DNA of 64,000 nucleotides from the human T2T-CHM13v2.0 reference genome, Homo sapiens: NCBI RefSeq assembly GCF_009914755.1, contig NC_060927.1, one strand, 5' to 3'. Below are positions 29,043-42,130 of the stretch, in pieces (position 1 is the first letter of the stretch; each line of letters opens with the position of its first letter). The position numbers were made by a program, and so were the translations under genes. Under the pieces are notes generated by a model. That model was not told where the DNA came from. It was given only the letters and a program-made list of their open reading frames with translations, and made no database searches.

Positions 29043-32000
29043 CTAAACTTTCCAATCAGAAGACACTGGCTGGCTGAATGGATTAAAAAGCAAGACCCAA
29101 TGATCTGTTTCTCACAAGAGACTCACTTCACCTATAGACACATATAGACTCAAAATAAATGGAAAGAAAAAGATATTCCATGCCAATGGAAACTAAAAAG
29201 GCACAGGAGGCTCTATACTTATATCAGAAAAAATAGATTTTGAGACAAAAACGGTAAGAGACAAAGAAGGTCATTACATAACAATAAAGAGGTGAATTCA
29301 GCAAGAGGATTTAACAGTTGTAAATATATATGCAACCAATGGTGAATCACCCAGATATATAAATCAGATATTATCAGAGCTAAACAGAGAGACAGATCTT
29401 AATAGCTAGAGACAATAACACCCTACTATCAGTATTGGACAGATCTTCCAGACAGAAAATCAACAACGAATCATCATATTTAATCTGCGTTACACACTAT
29501 AGACCAAATGTCTCTCATAGATACATAGAGAACATTTTATCCAATTATTACAGAGTACACATTCTTTTCTTCAGCACATGGATCATCCTCAGGGATAGAC
29601 CATATGCTAGGTCACAAAAGAACTCATAAAATATTCAAAAATTGAAATAATATCAAGTATCTTCTTTGAATACAATGGAATAAAACCAAAAATCAGTAAC
29701 AACAGGAATTTTGGAAACCATAGCAAACACATGGAAATTCAACAGTTTGCTCCTGAATGGCCAGTGGGGTCAATGAAAAAATTTAGAAAGAAATTGAAAA
29801 ATTCCTTGAAACAAATAATAATTAAAACATAACATAGCAAAACCTATGTGACAGCAAAAGCAGCACTAAATGGGAAGTTCATAGTATAAGTGGCCATATC
29901 AAAAAAGAAGAAAACCTTCAAATGAATAACCTAATAATGTATCTTAAACAACTAGAAAAGCAAGAGCAAAGCAAACCCAAAATTAGTGGAAAAAAGAAAT
30001 ATAAAGATCAGAGTAGAAATAAATCAAATTGAAATGAAGAAAATGATACAAAAGACCAATAAAACAAAAAATTTGCTTTTTGAAAAGATAAATAAAATTA
30101 ACAAACCTTTAGCCAGACTAAGAAAAAGAAAAGACCCAATAAATAAAATCAGAGATTGAAAAAGAGACATTATGACTGATATTGCAGAAATTCAAAGGAT
30201 CATTAGTGGCTTCTATTAGCAACCATATGCCAACAAATTGGAAAATCTGAAAGAAATGGATAAATTTCTAGACACATATGACCTACCAATATTGAATCAT
30301 GAAGAAATCCTAAACCTGAACAAACCAGTAACAAGTAATGAGATCAAAGCCATAGTAATAAGTCCCCCACTTAAGAAAAGCCTGGGACCTGATGGCTTCA
30401 CTGCTGAATTCTACCAAACATTTAAAGAATAACTAATACCAATCCTATGCAAACTATTCTGAAACATGGAAGAGAAGAGAATACTTCCAAACTCATTCTA
30501 CAAGGCCAGTATTACTGAAATCCAGACTAAGACACATCAAAAAAAGGAAACTATAGGCTAATATCCCAGATAAATAGTGATGCAAAAATCCTAAAAAAAA
30601 ATACTAGCAAACCAAATTCAACAATATATTTAAAATATCGTTCATCATGACCAAGTGAGGTTTATACCAGAGATGCAAGGATGGTGCAGCATACACAACT
30701 CAATTGCTGTGATACATTGTATCAACAGAATAAAGGACAAAAACCAAATGATCATTTTAATTTATGCTGAAAAACATTTGATAATATTCAACATCCCTTC
30801 ATAATAAAAACCCTCAAAAAATAAATATGTAAGAAACATACCTCAGTATAATAAAAACCATATGTGACAGACCCAAATGTAGTATCACACAGAATGAGGA
30901 AAAACTGACAGCCTTCTCTCTAAGATTGAGAACATGACAAGGATGCCCACTTTTACCACTGTTAATTCAACATAGGACAGGATGTCCTAGATAGAGCAAT
31001 CAGACAAGAGAAAGAAATAAAGAGCATCCAAATTGGAAAGGAAGAAGTCAACATATCCTTGTTTGCAGATATGATCTTATGTTTGGAAAACATAAAGACT
31101 CCACCAAATAACTATTAGAACAGATAAAAACAGTAAAGTTGCAGGATTCAAAATCAACATACAAAAATCAGTAGCATTTCTATATGCCAATAGTGAACAA
31201 TCTAAAAAAGAAATTGAAAAAGTTATCCCACTTACAATAGCCACACATAAAATTAAAGACTCAGAAATTAACCAAAAAAGATCTCTATAATGAAAACTAT
31301 ACAGCACTGATGAAAGAAATTGAAGAGGACACAAGAAAGGGAAAGATATTCCATGTTCATGGATTGCAAGAATCAATATTGTTAAAATGTCCATACTACC
31401 CAAAGAAATATACAGATTGAATGAAATCCCTATCAAATACCAATGACATTCTTCATACAAAAAAATCCTACAATTTACATGGAACCACATAAGATCAACA
31501 ATAGTCAAAGCTAACCTGAGCAAAAAGAACAAAACCAGAAGAATTGCTTTACCTTATTTCAAATTATACTACACAGCTATAATAACCAAAACAACACGGT
31601 AATGGCATAAAAACAGACACATAGACCAATGGAACAGAATAGAGAACCCAAAAACAAATCTATACATCTACCATCAATTCATTTTTGACAAAGCTGCCAA
31701 TAATATACATTGGAGGAAAAGACAATCTCTTGAACAAATGGTGCTGGGGATATTGGTTACACATATGCAGAAGAATGAAGCTAGACCCCTGTCTCTTACC
31801 ATATACAAAAATCAAATCAAACTGGATTAAAGACTTAAATATAGGACCCCAAGCTATGAACCTATTATAAGAAAACATTGAAGAAACTCTCCAGGACATT
31901 GGTCTTGGCAAAAATTTCTTGAGTAATATTCCATAAGCACAGGCAACCAAAGCAAAAATGGACAAATGGAATTACATCAAGTCAAAAATCTTCTGCACAG

Positions 32001-32139
32001 CAAAGGAAACTATCAACAAAGTAAAGAGGCACCACACAGAATGAAAGAAAATATTTGCAAACTACTTCTCTGACAGGGATTAATAACCAGAATATATAAG
32101 GAGCTCAAACAACTCTGTAAGACAAAATATAATAATCTC

Positions 32140-32433
<294 letters not shown>

Positions 32434-33262
32434 TAATAATCCAATTTTTAAATGGGCAAAAGATCTGAATAGACATTTCTCAAAAGAAGACATACAAATA
32501 GCAAACAGGTATATGAAAAAGGTGTTCAACATCATGTATCATTGGAGAAATGAAAATTGAAACTACAATGAAATATCATCTCACCTCAGTTAAAATGGCT
32601 TTTATCCAAAAGATAGGCAATAACAAATGCTGTGGAGAAAAAGGAACCTTCATACATTATTGGTGGGAATGTAAATTAGTACTACCATTATGGAGAATAG
32701 TTCCCAAAACACTAAAACTAGAGCTACCACATGATCCAGCAATCTCATTGTGACACATATACCCAAAAGAAAGGAAATCAGTACATCGAAGAAATACCTG
32801 CCTTCCCATGTTTGTTGCAACACTGTGCACAATAGCCAAGATTAGGAAGCCATCTAAGTGTCCACCAACAGATTATTGAATAAAGAAAGTGTGGTACATA
32901 TACACAATGGGGTACCATGCAGCCATAAAGAAGAATGAGAACTGGAGGTCATTATGTTAAGTGGAAATAAGTCAGGTATGTGAAGACAAACTTCACAAGT
33001 TCTCTTTTTTGTGGGAGCTAAACGTCAAAACAATTAAACCTCTGGAGATAGAGAACAGAAGGATGGCTACCAGAGGCTGGGAAGTATAGTGGGGGCATGG
33101 GAGGGAAGTGGGGATGGTCAATGTATACAAAATAAAAACAGCCAGAAAGAATTAATAAGACCTAGTATTTGATAGCACAACTGGGTGACTACAGTCAATA
33201 ATTTAATTGTACATTTAAAAATAACTAAAAGAGTATAATTTGATTGTAACACAAAGGATAAA

Positions 33263-34346
33263 TATCAGGGGAACCCACCCTCTATATTTCAACGTAGATT
33301 CTTTCTATTTTCCGTAAGTGTCAGCCAGCTGAGAAATAAAGAGAAAGAGTACAAAGAGAGGAATTTTACAGTTGGGCCACCAGGGGTGACATCACATGGT
33401 AGGACCGTGATGCCCACCTGAGCCTCAAACCAGCAAGTTCTTTATTAAGGGTTTCAAAAGGGGAGGGGGTGTAAAACAGGGAGTAGGTACAAAGATCACA
33501 TGCTTCAAAAGGTAAAGAGCGGAACTACTAATAAGGGTCTAACAAAGATCACATGCTTCTGAGGGAACAGGACAAAGGGAAAAGGCAGAAATACTGATAA
33601 GGGTCCAGCAAAGATCACAAGGCAAAGGGCAAAAGCAGAACTACTGATAAGGGTCTATGTTCAGCAGTGCACATATTGTCTTGATAAACATTTTAAACAA
33701 CAGAAAACAGGGTTTGAGAGCAGAGAACTGGTCTGACCACAAATTTACCAGGGCAGAGTTTTTCCCCACCCTAGTAAGCCTGAGGGTACTGCAGGAGACC
33801 AGGGCGTATGTCAGTCCTTATCTCAACCGTATAAGACAGACATTCCCAGAGCGGCCGTTTATAGGCCTCCCCCCAGGAATGCATTCCTTTCCCAGGGTAT
33901 TAATATTAATATTCCTTGCTAGGAAAAGAATTTAGCGATATCTCTCCTACTTGCATGTCCATTTATAGGCTCTCTGCAAGATGAAAAATAAGGCTCTTTT
34001 TGCCCGACCCCACAGGCAGTCAGACCTTATGGTTGTCTTCCCTTGTTCCCTAAAAATTGCTGTTATTCTGTTCTTTTTCAAGGTGCACTGATTTCATATT
34101 TTTCAAACACACATGTTTTACAATTAATTTGTATAGTTAACACAATTATCACAGTGATCCTGAGGTGACATATATCCTCAGCTTACAAAGATAACAGGAT
34201 TAAGAGATTAAAGTAAAGATAGGCATAAGAATTTATAAAAGTATTATTTGGGAACTGATAAATGTCCATGAAGTCTTCACAATTTATGTTCCTCTGCTAC
34301 GGCTCCAGCCAGTCCCTCCATTTGGGGTCCCTGACTTCCTGCAACA
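33263..34346 (-). mobile_element. MER11A-like solo LTR (HERV-K11/HML-8)
   Basis: 1084 bp, ending ...ccctgacttcctgcaaca (tgttgcaggaagtcaggg on the minus strand). Perfect 6-bp TSD gataaa (33257-33262 / 34347-34352). Confidence 0.93.
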
Positions 34347-34964
34347 GATAAATGCATGAGGGAACGGATACCCCATTTTCCATGAGGGAATTATTATACA
34401 TTACATGCCTGTATCAGGGTATCTTCTGTACCCCATTAATATATACATCTACTATGTACCTACAAAAGTAAAAAATAAAAATTCAAAATTAAAAAATTTT
34501 TTAAACATTTAAAATGAGAAGTGTATATAAGCACTTATGTTGTTTACTGAAGTATGATGACTATCTCATGGAATAATGCTCCTGAGATTATTTAAGTTGC
34601 AAAATGAACTGGCCACATTTTTATAGAATGATATTTTAACAGAAAGAATGATTGACAAGCCATGGTTATTAGTACTTGAATACTAGTCAACAATTACTTG
34701 AAAATCAGCACAGTGAGTGTGTCATTTTAAGGAAAACAACTGACATTTGATGCCAATAATAACATTCAAGCTTTCAAGCAAAAAATTAGAATTTTGGAAA
34801 ACGTGTATTCACCACTTGTTGGCCATAATAGCTATACAATACTTAAAAATGTTTTTGATGAGATTGGTGCTGATACTAATGACTGTGGTAATTTTCTGAT
34901 ATTGTGCAATTTTAAAATGTCAACATTAAGATATTTGCCTAACTCAGTGAAGCAGTATTTTCTT

Positions 34965-35961
34965 TTTTAATTTTTAAGTTTGGGGTACATGTGCAAGTTT
35001 GTTATAGATGACTTGTGTCATAGGGGTTTGTTGTGCAAATTATTTCATCACCTAGGTATTAAGTCTAGTACCCATTGGTTATATTTCCTGATCCTCTCCC
35101 TCCTCTCACCTTCCATCCTCTGGTAGGCCCCAGTGTTCACTGTTCCTCTCTATGTGTCCATGTGTTCTCGTCATTTAATTGCCATTTATAAGTAAGAACA
35201 CGCAGTATTTGGTTTTCTGTTCCTGCACTAGTTTGCTAAGTATACTGGCCTCCAGCTCCATCCATGTTTCTGCAAAGGATGTGATTTCATTCTTTTTCAT
35301 AGTATTCCCTGGTGTATATGTACCACATTTTCTTTGTTCAGTCTACCATTGATGGGCATCTAAGTTGATTCTGTGTCTTTGCTCTTGTGAATAGTGCTGC
35401 AGTGAACATATGTGTGCATGGATCTTTGTAACAGAATGATTTATATTCCTTTGGGTATATACCCAGTAATGGGATTGCTGCGTCAAATGGTAATTCTGTT
35501 TTATGTCTTTGAGGAATCTCCACATGTTTTTCCACAAAGGTTGAACTAATTTACACTTCCACCAACAGTGTATAAGTATTCCTTTTTCTCTGCAATCTTG
35601 CCAGCATCTGTTTTTTTTTTTTTACTTTTTAATAATAGTCATTCTGACTAGTGTGAGATGGCATCAAATGATCAGTGATGTTCAGCTTTTTTCGTATGGC
35701 TTTCGGCTGCAGGTATGTCTTCTTTTGAAAAGTGTCTATTCATGTCCTTTGCCCACTTTTTAATGGGTTTGTTTTACTCTTGTAAATTTGTTTAGGTTTC
35801 TTATAGATGCTGAATATTAAACCTTTGTCAGATGCATAGTTTGCAAAAATTTTCTCCCCTTCTGTATGTTGTCTGCTTTCTCTGTTGATACTTCCTTTTG
35901 CTGTGCAGAAGCTCTTTAGTTTAATTAGATCCCATTTGTCAATTCTTGCTTTTGTTGCAAT
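34965..35961 (-). mobile_element. 5'-truncated L1PA13-like element inside Charlie1a
   Basis: L1PA 3' end. TSD tgaagcagtattttctt (34948-34964) / tgaagcaatattttctt (35962-35978). Confidence 0.94.
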
Positions 35962-36618
35962 TGAAGCAATATTTTCTTAACAGTTATCTTTTAAAAAAGC
36001 ATTTTTAGCATCATGGGGAAAAATCCATTCAAAGACTGACGGATTTTAAGACAAGGAAATATGAAAAGTTTATTGACATGGTTTGAGAGTCTACAATTTA
36101 ACTAATTTTTAACAAACTACCACTTGTTGAGCTTTGATAAAAAAATTTAAAAAGAGTATCCACAACTATCTAAAAGACTAAAAAACACGCTTGTTCTTTC
36201 CAAATGCATATTTGTGTGAACCTGTATTTTTTTCACATTTATACTTCAGCCAAAACAACATATCACAATGAATAGGGTTTAGGTACAGACAGGAGAATAC
36301 AGGTTTTCTTTTTTAAGGCAGACATTAAAGAGATTTGCAAAAATATAAAATAATATCACTCTTCTCAATGTTTTTGTTTTACAAATATAGTTATTTTCAT
36401 AAAATAATTTTTATAAAATATATATTTGATAAAACTATATAAATAAAATAGGTTTATCATTATTTTTAAATGAACTATAAATTTTTTTTTAGTTTCTGAG
36501 TTTTAATTTCCAATATGATAAATGTGAATAGATATAACCTCCATAAGCAAAACTCGGGGTCCTCGGTAATTTGTAAAATACAAAGGTGTTGTAAGAACCA
36601 ACTGTTTGAGAACTGCTA

Positions 36619-36900
36619 CCCTATGGCGTGTTCCCATCTTCAGAGTTGAAGCTGGACCCATATTCCAGCTAATGGGAAAGGGAAAGAGCATGGAAAGGGG
36701 CATGTGTGAGGCTTGTACTGGAATTGGTACACTTCCCTTGGACTCACATTCTAAGAGTGAGAACTTAGCCTCCTAACCACACCTGAGTCCAAAAGGAGCT
36801 GAAAATTGTAATGCTCAGCAGGGCAGCCATGGCCTGGCTATAATTCTAATATTGTGGAGGACCTGGGGAATAGATTTTGGTGGACAACTAGCAGCCTCCA
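36619..36900 (-). mobile_element. MLT1J-like LTR, 5' part
   Basis: ccacacctgagtccaaaaggagctgaaaattgta...gaatagattttggtggacaactagcagcctcc. Confidence 0.75.
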
Positions 36901-36919
36901 AAGTGGCCCTTTAACCTGG

Positions 36920-37517
36920 CATCACTAATCATCAGGGAATTGCACATCAAAACCACAATGAGATATCACCTCACACCTGTTGGGATGGCTACTATGAAAA
37001 TGCAAGAGATACCAAGTGTTGGCAAGGGTATGGAGAAAAGGGAACCCTTGTACAGTATTGATAGAAATATATATTGGTACCGCCATTATGGAAAACAGCA
37101 GGGAGATTCTTTAAAAAGTTAAAAATTGAACTACCATTTGGTCCAGCAATCTCACTTCTGGGTACATATTCAAAGGAAATGAAACCATTATCTTGAAGAG
37201 ATCTGTTCACTCCCATGTTCACTGCCTCATTATTTACACTAGCCAAGATATGGAAACAACATACATGCCCACTGATAGGTGAGTGGATAAGAAAAATGTG
37301 GTACACATGTACATATGTGTGTGTGTCTGTGTGTGTGTAATGAAATATTATTCAGCCATAAAAAAAAGAAATTCTGCTGCTTGCAACAACATGGATGAAC
37401 CTGGAGGACATTATGCTAAGTGAAATAAGCCAGTACAGAAAGAAAAATACTGTATGGTCTCATTTATATGTGGAATCTACAACAGTCAAACTCACAGAAG
37501 CAGTGTATAATGATGGT
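36920..37517 (+). mobile_element. L1MA (L1MA8/9-like) 3' fragment
   Basis: IKTTMRYHLTPV motif in the ORF track; ggatgaacctggaggacattatgctaagtgaaataagcc. Confidence 0.88.
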
Positions 37518-37519
37518 GT

Positions 37520-39530
37520 TTTATTTGTAGTAACTAACAACAAATAGAAATTAAAATTTTATAAATGTTGTTTATAATAGCAACAAAAGTATGAAATACT
37601 TAAGAATTTATCTCTCTAAAGTGTGCAGGGCCTATAAACTGAAAACTACAAAACATTGCTGAGAAAAAAGCAAAGAAGACATGAAAAAAATAGATATATT
37701 TTGTTGAAGGGTTAGAAAATTCAATATTATTAAGATGTCAATTGTTTCTGAATTAATCTATAGATAAAATGCCATCTTGGTCAAAACGCCAGCACACATT
37801 TTTTATAGCAAAAAGAAAATTACAAAATAAAATTTTAATTATTGTTAAATTTGTATGAAAATGTAAAGGATCTAAAATAGTCAAAAACAACTTGGAAAAA
37901 GACAAACAAAGTTGGAGGGTTAACACTACCTAATTTCAAAGCTTATTGTGAAGCCACAGTAATTACAACAGTATGATATTGAAATCAAGAGAGAAAAATA
38001 GGTCAGTGGAACATAATGGAAATTCCAGAAATAGGCCCACACTTGTCAACCAACTGATTTTTAACTTAGTACAAAAATAATTCAGTTGAAAAAGTCTAGT
38101 CCTTACAATAAATGCTACTATTACAATTATATATTGATACTGCAAAATTGTGACCTTTGCTCCATTCATTGTACCATATATGAGAATTAACTTGAAATGG
38201 TTCAAAGACTAACAAGAAAAACCTGGAAGTATGAAACTTCTAGACAAAAAAAGAGAAGAAAATTTTTGTTGTCTTCGGCTAGTCCAAGAGTTTTTTAGAC
38301 ATAACACCAAAAGTATGATCACTAATAGAAAAATTAATAAACTAGACTTAATCAAAGTTAAATACTCTGTGTTTCCAGAGACTCTGTTAGGAGAATGAGA
38401 AGGCAACCCACAGACTTCGAGAAAATATTTGCAAAGTGTAGACCTAACACATCTGGGCTTGCATCTAGAGTATATAAAGAATTCTCAAAAATCATAATAA
38501 AACAATAGTGCAAAAGATTTGAACAGACACTTGACTAAAGAAGACATATTAATGGCAGATAAGCTCAAGAAAAGATGTGTAGCATCACTAGTTTTTAGGG
38601 AAAAGCATGCTAAAATCAAAATGAGATATCTCTACATATTTACAAGGACGTATAAATTTTAAAACAAGTGTTGGTGAAAATATGAAGAAACTGGAACTCT
38701 CATACATTGCTGGTAGAAACTTAAAATAGTACAACTACTTTGGAAAAGTGTTTGGTCATTTATTTAAAAAATTAAACATATATCCTACCATGTGATCCTA
38801 TCATTCTACTCATAGATATTTACCCAGAAGAAAAGGAGGCAATGTCCATACAAAGATTTGTATTACAGTGTTCATAGCAGCCTTCCTTGTAATACGCAAA
38901 AACTGGAAAGCAGCCCAAATGGTCATAAACAGGTGAATAAATATATAAATGATGCTATTTCTATACAATGGTATTAAAAAGGAACAGAGTATTGATACAT
39001 GCTACAACATAGAGGAATCTCAAAAATCATAATGCTGTATGAAATAGGCAGATTAAAAAAGAAAAAGAAAAATGCTGTATAATCCCTTTTGAAGAAAACT
39101 CTAAAAAATGCAAACTAATCCAGAGTCATGAAGAGTATATCAGTGATTACCTGGGGACAAGAATGGTGGTGGTATACAAAACGAACAAACAAACAAACAA
39201 CAAACTGGTAACTACATGAGGTGATGGATGTGTCAAATAACTTGATTGTGGTAATCAAGTCACAATATGTATATTAAATCATCACATTTTATGCCTTGAA
39301 CTTTTATAGTTTTATTATTCAAGTATACCTCAATAAAACTGGGGCAAAAAAGAATGAAGGAGGTGTGGAGAAAGGTAAGAGGGAGAGATTACAAGTGGCA
39401 CAGGACAGTTTGGGGTGGTGTATATGTTCATTATTTTGATAGTAGTGATTGTTTCATGGTGGCATACATATGTCAAAAACTACCAAATTGTACACTTTAA
39501 AATGTGCAACATATTATATGCCAACTGTAG
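37520..39530 (+). mobile_element. Old L1 (L1MC/L1MD-like) ORF2 end and 3' UTR, with a short L1MA/MB 3' end at ~39200-39352
   Basis: Degenerate ORF2 (caatattattaagatgtcaatt; aaagttggagggttaacactacctaatttcaa) through ccaaattgtacactttaaa. Confidence 0.82.
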
Positions 39531-39975
39531 CTTTTTTTTTAATCTACAGAGAGAGCTCACAGCAGTTTCCACCACTGTCAATCTGTCTCACAAGTGCATT
39601 TGCATTTTGGCTTTAGTTTTCTTCTTACTTCAACCACTGCTTTATTTCAAAAGATGGCTAAGGTCCAAATTTATTTTAAAATGATTTGTCACTCACTCAT
39701 ATTCGGAAAGTGTGTACTCAGGAAAATAAACATTCAGCAAGTTTGCCTTACTGTCCGCAGCTTTGCCTTATTGAGGTAAGTCAGCCAGTGTCCGCATACT
39801 CCAAAGCCAAATCATGTGCATGTGAAATATATTTTCAATATTGTTATCTTTCTTTATTAGGTTGGCTCATCAAATATAATTCATATCACTCAGCATGTGG
39901 AGCTCTTGGTTGACCCAGGCAAGAGAAACCAAACTAACTGGACAATTATTTTTAACCTTCCTAAGGTCACATCTA

Positions 39976-40525
39976 CACAGTCCCCCCATATTCATGGGGG
40001 ATATGTTCCAACACACCCAGTGGAATTCTGAAACTGCAGATAGTACCAAACCATATAGACACACATTTTCCATCTTAACTGAATATTTATTATGCACTGG
40101 GGCTATAACTAGCACAAATTTCTTTTTTCTTCTTTACAACTTCATGGATAGATTATTTGCTCTTAGCAACCTTGGCAAATGATTATGTTTCTTTCCTTAT
40201 TAAGTCAAGAACTTTCATCTTTTCACTAAAGGAAGCACTTGACTGCTTCCCTTTAGCATATCTGAATTGCCAGCATCATTACTTAGGAACATTATTAAGT
40301 AAAATAAGGATTACTTGAACACAAGCACTGTGATGCTCAATAGTTGATCTGATAACCAAGACGGTTAGTTACTAAGTGACTAATGAGCAGGTAATATAGA
40401 TGGCGTGGATGTGCTGTACAAAGAGATGATTCACGTCCCAGGCAGGACAGAGTGGGATGGCGTGAGATTTCGTCACATTACTCAGAACAGCATGCAATTT
40501 AAAACATGAATTGCTTTCCATTTAA
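39976..40525 (+). mobile_element. MER44 (Tigger7-derived, C/D-like) lacking its 3' end
   Basis: TA + cacagtccccccatattcatggggg terminus; ttgatctgataaccaagacgg...gatgattcacgtcccagg; stops at ttccatttaa. Confidence 0.88.
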
Positions 40526-40551
40526 AAATAAAGGAATTTGATTATGCGTTC

Positions 40552-40688
40552 TCTAAAGCTTCCAAAAGGTACGTTGCTTGTTTTATTTATTTATTTATTT
40601 TTGCATTTTCTATTAGATCTAAAGCTTCCAAAAGGTACGTTGCTTGTTTTATGTATTTATTTATTTTTGCATTTTCTATTTTATTAGA
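40552..40688 (+). repeat. Two-copy tandem duplication, 66/71 bp units
   Basis: tctaaagcttccaaaaggtacgttgcttg...tattaga occurs twice, with 1 substitution and a 5-bp indel. Confidence 0.97.
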
Positions 40689-41071
40689 TCTTGTTTACAA
40701 AGACTTTTGGAATAACTAGGCAATAGAAGACTTGCATGATGGCTATAGTTTATATGAGTCTCAGAGAAATAAATTGTTCCAAATTATACTTCCCCTGCCA
40801 CAAAGCTCAAAGTGCCTTATAGAGTCATCACTCATTCTCCAACATGATAAAACTTATGAAAGTAAGTTGTAAATTGTAAAAGACTTAAAATGTGTACCAT
40901 CATTAGTATTACTTCACAATTATTATCATCTTTATTGTTGAGTTCTCAATAATGTATTGGTTGCTGGAGGGAGTTTCTATAGGTTAGAGAATCCTTATCT
41001 TCAAAAAGTAAACGTAAATCATGATCTCATTTATCCCCATAAATTAACACATAATGTGGTTTTTAATTATA

Positions 41072-41150
41072 CAGTAACCTCCTCTTATCCATGGTTTTGT
41101 TTTCTGTGGTTTCAGTTACACTTGGTCAACCACAGTCCAAGAATATTAAA
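41072..41150 (-). mobile_element. MER44 3' terminus, in opposite orientation to the 39976-40525 piece
   Basis: Reverse complement reads tttaatattcttggactgtggttgacc...ggataagaggaggttactg + TA. Confidence 0.85.
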
Positions 41151-42130
41151 CTTTTAATTTTAGAATAGTTTTATATTTACAGAAAAAATTATAAAAATAA
41201 GAGAGTTCCCAGGTGCCTCACAGCTAGTTTCCCCCATTGTTTGTATCTTACTAGGGTTGTATGTTTGGCGCAACTAATAAACAATACTGATACATTATTA
41301 TTAAACTCCATACTTAATTCAGAATTCATTCATTTTTCCCTCCTATTGTCCTGTTCTCTTTTGTGTTACAGGATCCAGTCCCAGATACGTATTACATTTA
41401 GTCATCATGGCTCCTTCGTCTCCTCTGGTTTGTGAAAGTTTCTTTTTAGACTTTCCATATTTTCCATGATCTTGGCAGTTTTGAGGATTACTGGTGATAC
41501 GTTCTATAGAATGTCCCTCAGATTGGGTTTGTCTAATATTTTCTCTCTTAGACTGAAACTATGGGTTTGGGAAAGCAAGATCACAAAAGTGAAGTGCCTC
41601 TTCCTTATCACGTCATATCAAGGGGTGCATGTTATCAGCACAACTTATCCCTGGTGATGTTAATAATTGATCAACTGACTGAGACAGTGTTTGCCAGCTT
41701 TCTTTACTATAAAGTTACATGCTACATAAATTACTTGGAATTCTTTTGTGCAGGAGATTTGTTTCTGCTTCATTTATGTACTTATTTATTCATTTATGTA
41801 TAGAAGTACTACTCACATATTCTAATATGTACTTATAAAAAGTATGTGTATTTGCTTTATACATTGGGCTATAAATCCAATGCTATGTTATTTATTTTGT
41901 TGTTCAAATTTTTTAGCTTTGGCCACTGGAAGCTCACTGAGCTTGTCTCCTGTGTCCCTTTGAAAAACCCTCCATGGTTTTGTTTTTTGAGTACTTTTTA
42001 TAGGCAGTGGGTGAGAAGAAGACTACAAGATGCTATAGACTTTTCTTATATGTTCTTTGCACCAGCCATAGAAACAAATATTTTTCCAAAGAGCCCTGGT
42101 TCTTTTTATTGGAGAATTGTATAAGATAAC
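41151..42130 (-). mobile_element. L1MC/L1MD-type 3' region
   Basis: cttttaattttagaatagttttatatttacagaaaa...gttctatagaatgtccctcagattgggtttgtct. Confidence 0.82.

Noticed and set aside
34511-36350. Charlie transposase-like sequence as a domesticated gene
   Set aside because: Interrupted by L1 insertions and riddled with stops; no long ORF.
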